From assembly GCA_964594395.1 (NCBI GenBank), contig CAZQLW010000002.1, positions 1-47,929 of the forward strand: a stretch of 47,929 bases of DNA. The letters run 5' to 3'. The notes below the pieces were generated by a model, which was not told the origin of the DNA, searched no databases, and was given only the letters and a program-made list of their open reading frames with translations. Positions 45,804 to 47,929 of this stretch are shown one piece after another. This stretch comes from an uncultured Methanosarcinales archaeon (GTDB taxonomy: Archaea > Nanobdellota > Nanobdellia > Woesearchaeales > GW2011-AR9). The stretch's first letter is position 1. Every line of letters begins with the position of its first letter. Position numbers and translations under genes: made by a program.

Positions 45804-46406
45804 ATGAAAAATAAAAAAGGTAAAGTTGCTACAGAATTGTTAATTATGTTAATTACGGTAGTGGTAACCAGTGCAATAATTTTTCTTTTAGTTCAAGGAG
45901 GAGTGTTAACTGTAAAAATGGAAGCTGAACAAACCTCTGTGCTGAATACAGAATTTATTCCAATGGGCAGAGAAGGTTCTCTTGCTGTTAAAGATTTTAA
46001 ATTTTGTGGTTTTGTTGATTTGAATTATCAATGTATTAGTGAAACAGAAGAATTTTATTTAGGTTCGGAAGTACATTTCATTTTCATAATTGAAAGTAGT
46101 ACTTCTAATGGTGATATTATGTTGGTGGAAAATTATATGGTTAAAGGTCCAGAAGGAAATATACTGTTAGATGTTGATGAAAAAAATAATTTTAATTTTG
46201 ATATTATTAGTAAAGAGCGTCAGGAATTAGTTACGTTTAAAGATTTTTTTGTTGTCGGTGAAGAATTAGAAGAAGGTGAGTATACTTTGGAACTTTTTGT
46301 AGAAAATCCTTTGTTGAATAAGAAAACCACTTTAATCAAGAAATTTATGATCCATCCAAAAGAATTTGAAGAATACGAAATAGATTTTACTGAAATTGAA
46401 GATTAA
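45804..46406 (+). CDS. 200-aa type IV pilin-like protein (start revised from 45768)
   Basis: MKNKKG|KVATELLIMLITVVVTSAIIFLLV is a short basic leader ending in Gly, with Glu at +5 and a ~20-aa hydrophobic helix. The ATG lies 1 nt after the giant gene's TAA. Confidence 0.6.
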   Translation: MKNKKGKVATELLIMLITVVVTSAIIFLLVQGGVLTVKMEAEQTSVLNTEFIPMGREGSLAVKDFKFCGFVDLNYQCISETEEFYLGSEVHFIFIIESSTSNGDIMLVENYMVKGPEGNILLDVDEKNNFNFDIISKERQELVTFKDFFVVGEELEEGEYTLELFVENPLLNKKTTLIKKFMIHPKEFEEYEIDFTEIED

Positions 46407-46420
46407 AAAAAAAGAATGAA

Positions 46421-47929
46421 ATGGTGGGGGAAACGTTTAGAGGGAAAGGTAGCTTATTGTTTTTGCTAGTAATTGTTTCTTTTTTAATTATTAGTTCTTC
46501 TTCTGTTTTTGCTGATTCCTGTAATAATGATAAAATTGCTTTGTTAGGAGATTCTATAACGAATTACCAGGGAACAAAAAGTTGGGGTAATGAGTTTAGA
46601 AAAATTTGTGGGGATTCACCTGTTAATTTTGCACACAGCGGGAAAAAAACTGATTGGATGCTTCAAAGACTTAAAGGTGAAGTTGATGACTCATCTCCTT
46701 ATACTTCTGGGAAAATATTGGGTCAAGGATACAAATATTTAATTGTTTTAGGTGGTACTAACGACATTACTGCTGGTTGGGATACAAGTGAAACTAAATC
46801 AAATTTGGAACAAATATATTTTACTGCTAAACAAAATGGGATGTTAGTTATTGCTGGAACAATAACTCCTTATAATGTTGCTAATCATCCAGCAAGAAAT
46901 GAAAAGGTTAAAGAGATTAATAAATGGATAAAATTACAACATCAATTAGGACATATTGATGGAGTTATTGATTTTTATAGTCTTTTAATAGGAGCAGAAC
47001 CTTGTATGGGTTCGGAGTATGGTCCGGCTTCTTGTAATAATGTTCACCCAAATACTGTTGGTTATAAAGCGATGGCCAATAAAGTTGTTAACGAAATATT
47101 TGGCGGTCAAACAATAATTGAACAAACGGCAAGTGCACAATTATCTACCTCTGCAACAGTTCCGGACTTTAAAACAATGATGATTTTAGGGTCACACAAT
47201 TCTGGGACAAGAGTAAACCGTGTGGATGAAGCTTACAAATTAATTCAGCAGGGTAATTTTGAAAATATTATAGTCACTGGTGGATGTGGTGCACATGATA
47301 CAGCTGCAGATAATTGTGAAGCTCAACATATGGCCCAATTGTTGTTACAAAAAGGTGTTTCTGCTAACAGGATTATTCTTGAAGAAAAAGCTAAGTCTAC
47401 CAGTGGAAATTATAAATATTCTCGAGAATTAACTTTACCGCAAACTACAGGGATAAAAGTAATTAACCCTAACGATAAATTGCTTGTCGTTTCTAGTAGT
47501 GAGAATGTTAAAGCAGTAGCTTATTGTTTTAGGTACAAAGATCAAGTTGATGCTTATTATGTTCAAGTTCCAAATTCTTATACTCCTGCCGTGATACCTG
47601 TTAATTATGATGGTGGAAGTTATAAAAGCATGGTTAACGGTTGCCGACTTAGTGGTCAACAATTAACACAGCAACAATCTCAACCACAAAGTCAACAACA
47701 GCAATATCCACCACAACAACAGTATCCACAGCAAAGTCAACAAGGGCAATATCAATCAACATTTATCCCTAAACCTGTTCTTGGTTGTAAAGATGGACAA
47801 AGATGTCAAGAAGTTGATCAAGTTTGGAGTGAACGTTTAAGTAGTTTAATGGGTGGTAATGGTCAAATTTGGGACCATAACATAAATGCACTTGCAGATT
47901 ATAAAAGCACTTATTTTGAAGAAAGACAA
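46421..47929 (+). CDS. secreted SGNH/GDSL hydrolase - DUF218 (YdcF/SanA-like) fusion protein with a Q/P-rich linker; 3' partial (runs off the window)
   Basis: Not in the ORF track. I translated all 503 codons by hand and found no stop. Signal peptide LLFLLVIVSFLIISSSSVFA. SGNH blocks LLGDSITN, GGTND and NVHPN. DUF218 pattern IIVTGGCG...CEAQHMAQLLLQKGVSANRIILEEKAKSTSGNYKYS...LLVVSS. Q-rich run at about 47651-47760. Confidence 0.75.
   Translation, partial: MVGETFRGKGSLLFLLVIVSFLIISSSSVFADSCNNDKIALLGDSITNYQGTKSWGNEFRKICGDSPVNFAHSGKKTDWMLQRLKGEVDDSSPYTSGKILGQGYKYLIVLGGTNDITAGWDTSETKSNLEQIYFTAKQNGMLVIAGTITPYNVANHPARNEKVKEINKWIKLQHQLGHIDGVIDFYSLLIGAEPCMGSEYGPASCNNVHPNTVGYKAMANKVVNEIFGGQTIIEQTASAQLSTSATVPDFKTMMILGSHNSGTRVNRVDEAYKLIQQGNFENIIVTGGCGAHDTAADNCEAQHMAQLLLQKGVSANRIILEEKAKSTSGNYKYSRELTLPQTTGIKVINPNDKLLVVSSSENVKAVAYCFRYKDQVDAYYVQVPNSYTPAVIPVNYDGGSYKSMVNGCRLSGQQLTQQQSQPQSQQQQYPPQQQYPQQSQQGQYQSTFIPKPVLGCKDGQRCQEVDQVWSERLSSLMGGNGQIWDHNINALADYKSTYFEERQ

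Noticed and set aside
1-47929. Search for CRISPR arrays, transposases or integrases, prophage blocks, toxin-antitoxin pairs, and diversity-generating retroelement TR/VR pairs
   Set aside because: By eye I found no spaced direct repeats other than the 5S trailer duplication, no recombinase or reverse-transcriptase motifs, and no long near-identical template/variable pair. A computational self-alignment would be needed to exclude diverged repeats.

Overview
AT-rich chromosomal window from an archaeon. Markers are a thermosome, AglB/STT3, ribosomal protein L35Ae, GatD, type-2 MetAP, a presenilin-like protease and an intron-containing tRNA. The gene content and tiny intergenic spacers suggest a small DPANN-like genome, but that is inference. 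All homology calls come from motifs read by eye, with no searches run. Layout: (1) 1-14.8 kb is a glycan/envelope region. It holds an ATGA-coupled operon (split Alg14/Alg13-like GT, flippase, B12-radical SAM, methyltransferase), AglB, UppP, three nucleotide-sugar enzymes, a nucleotidyltransferase and a eukaryote-type (HAD) phosphomannomutase. A 5S rRNA is hidden inside a tracked ORF, followed by a duplicated 3' trailer. (2) 14.8-27 kb is housekeeping: MetAP, HisRS preceded by an intron-containing tRNA-His, a phosphatidyltransferase-like/lipid-kinase fusion, thermosome, MBL hydrolase, presenilin-like protease, HerA-like ATPase, L35Ae and a metallophosphoesterase. (3) 27.0-33.6 kb is the most unusual part: four tandem paralogs share a signal peptide and a ~200-aa polytopic membrane domain but carry different helical, charged tails. 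One tail has a proline-rich linker and a papain-like C1 peptidase domain. I could not assign the membrane domain to any family. (4) 33.8-38 kb holds GatD, a transglutaminase-like protein, a Cys-rich lipoprotein and a PAC2 protein. (5) 38.1-47.9 kb is a surface-protein locus: a 665-aa protein with a pilin-like (class III) signal, a 1891-aa giant protein (FN3/Ig-like N-half, Cys-rich C-half), a 200-aa pilin-like protein, and a secreted SGNH-DUF218 fusion that runs off the window and is absent from the ORF track. First genes of transcription units carry a palindromic TTTATAAA-type TATA box 22-24 nt upstream of the ATG (leaderless). Internal genes use GGTGAT-type Shine-Dalgarno sites or ATGA overlaps. 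I used this to revise several starts. No CRISPR array, transposase, integrase or reverse transcriptase was seen.
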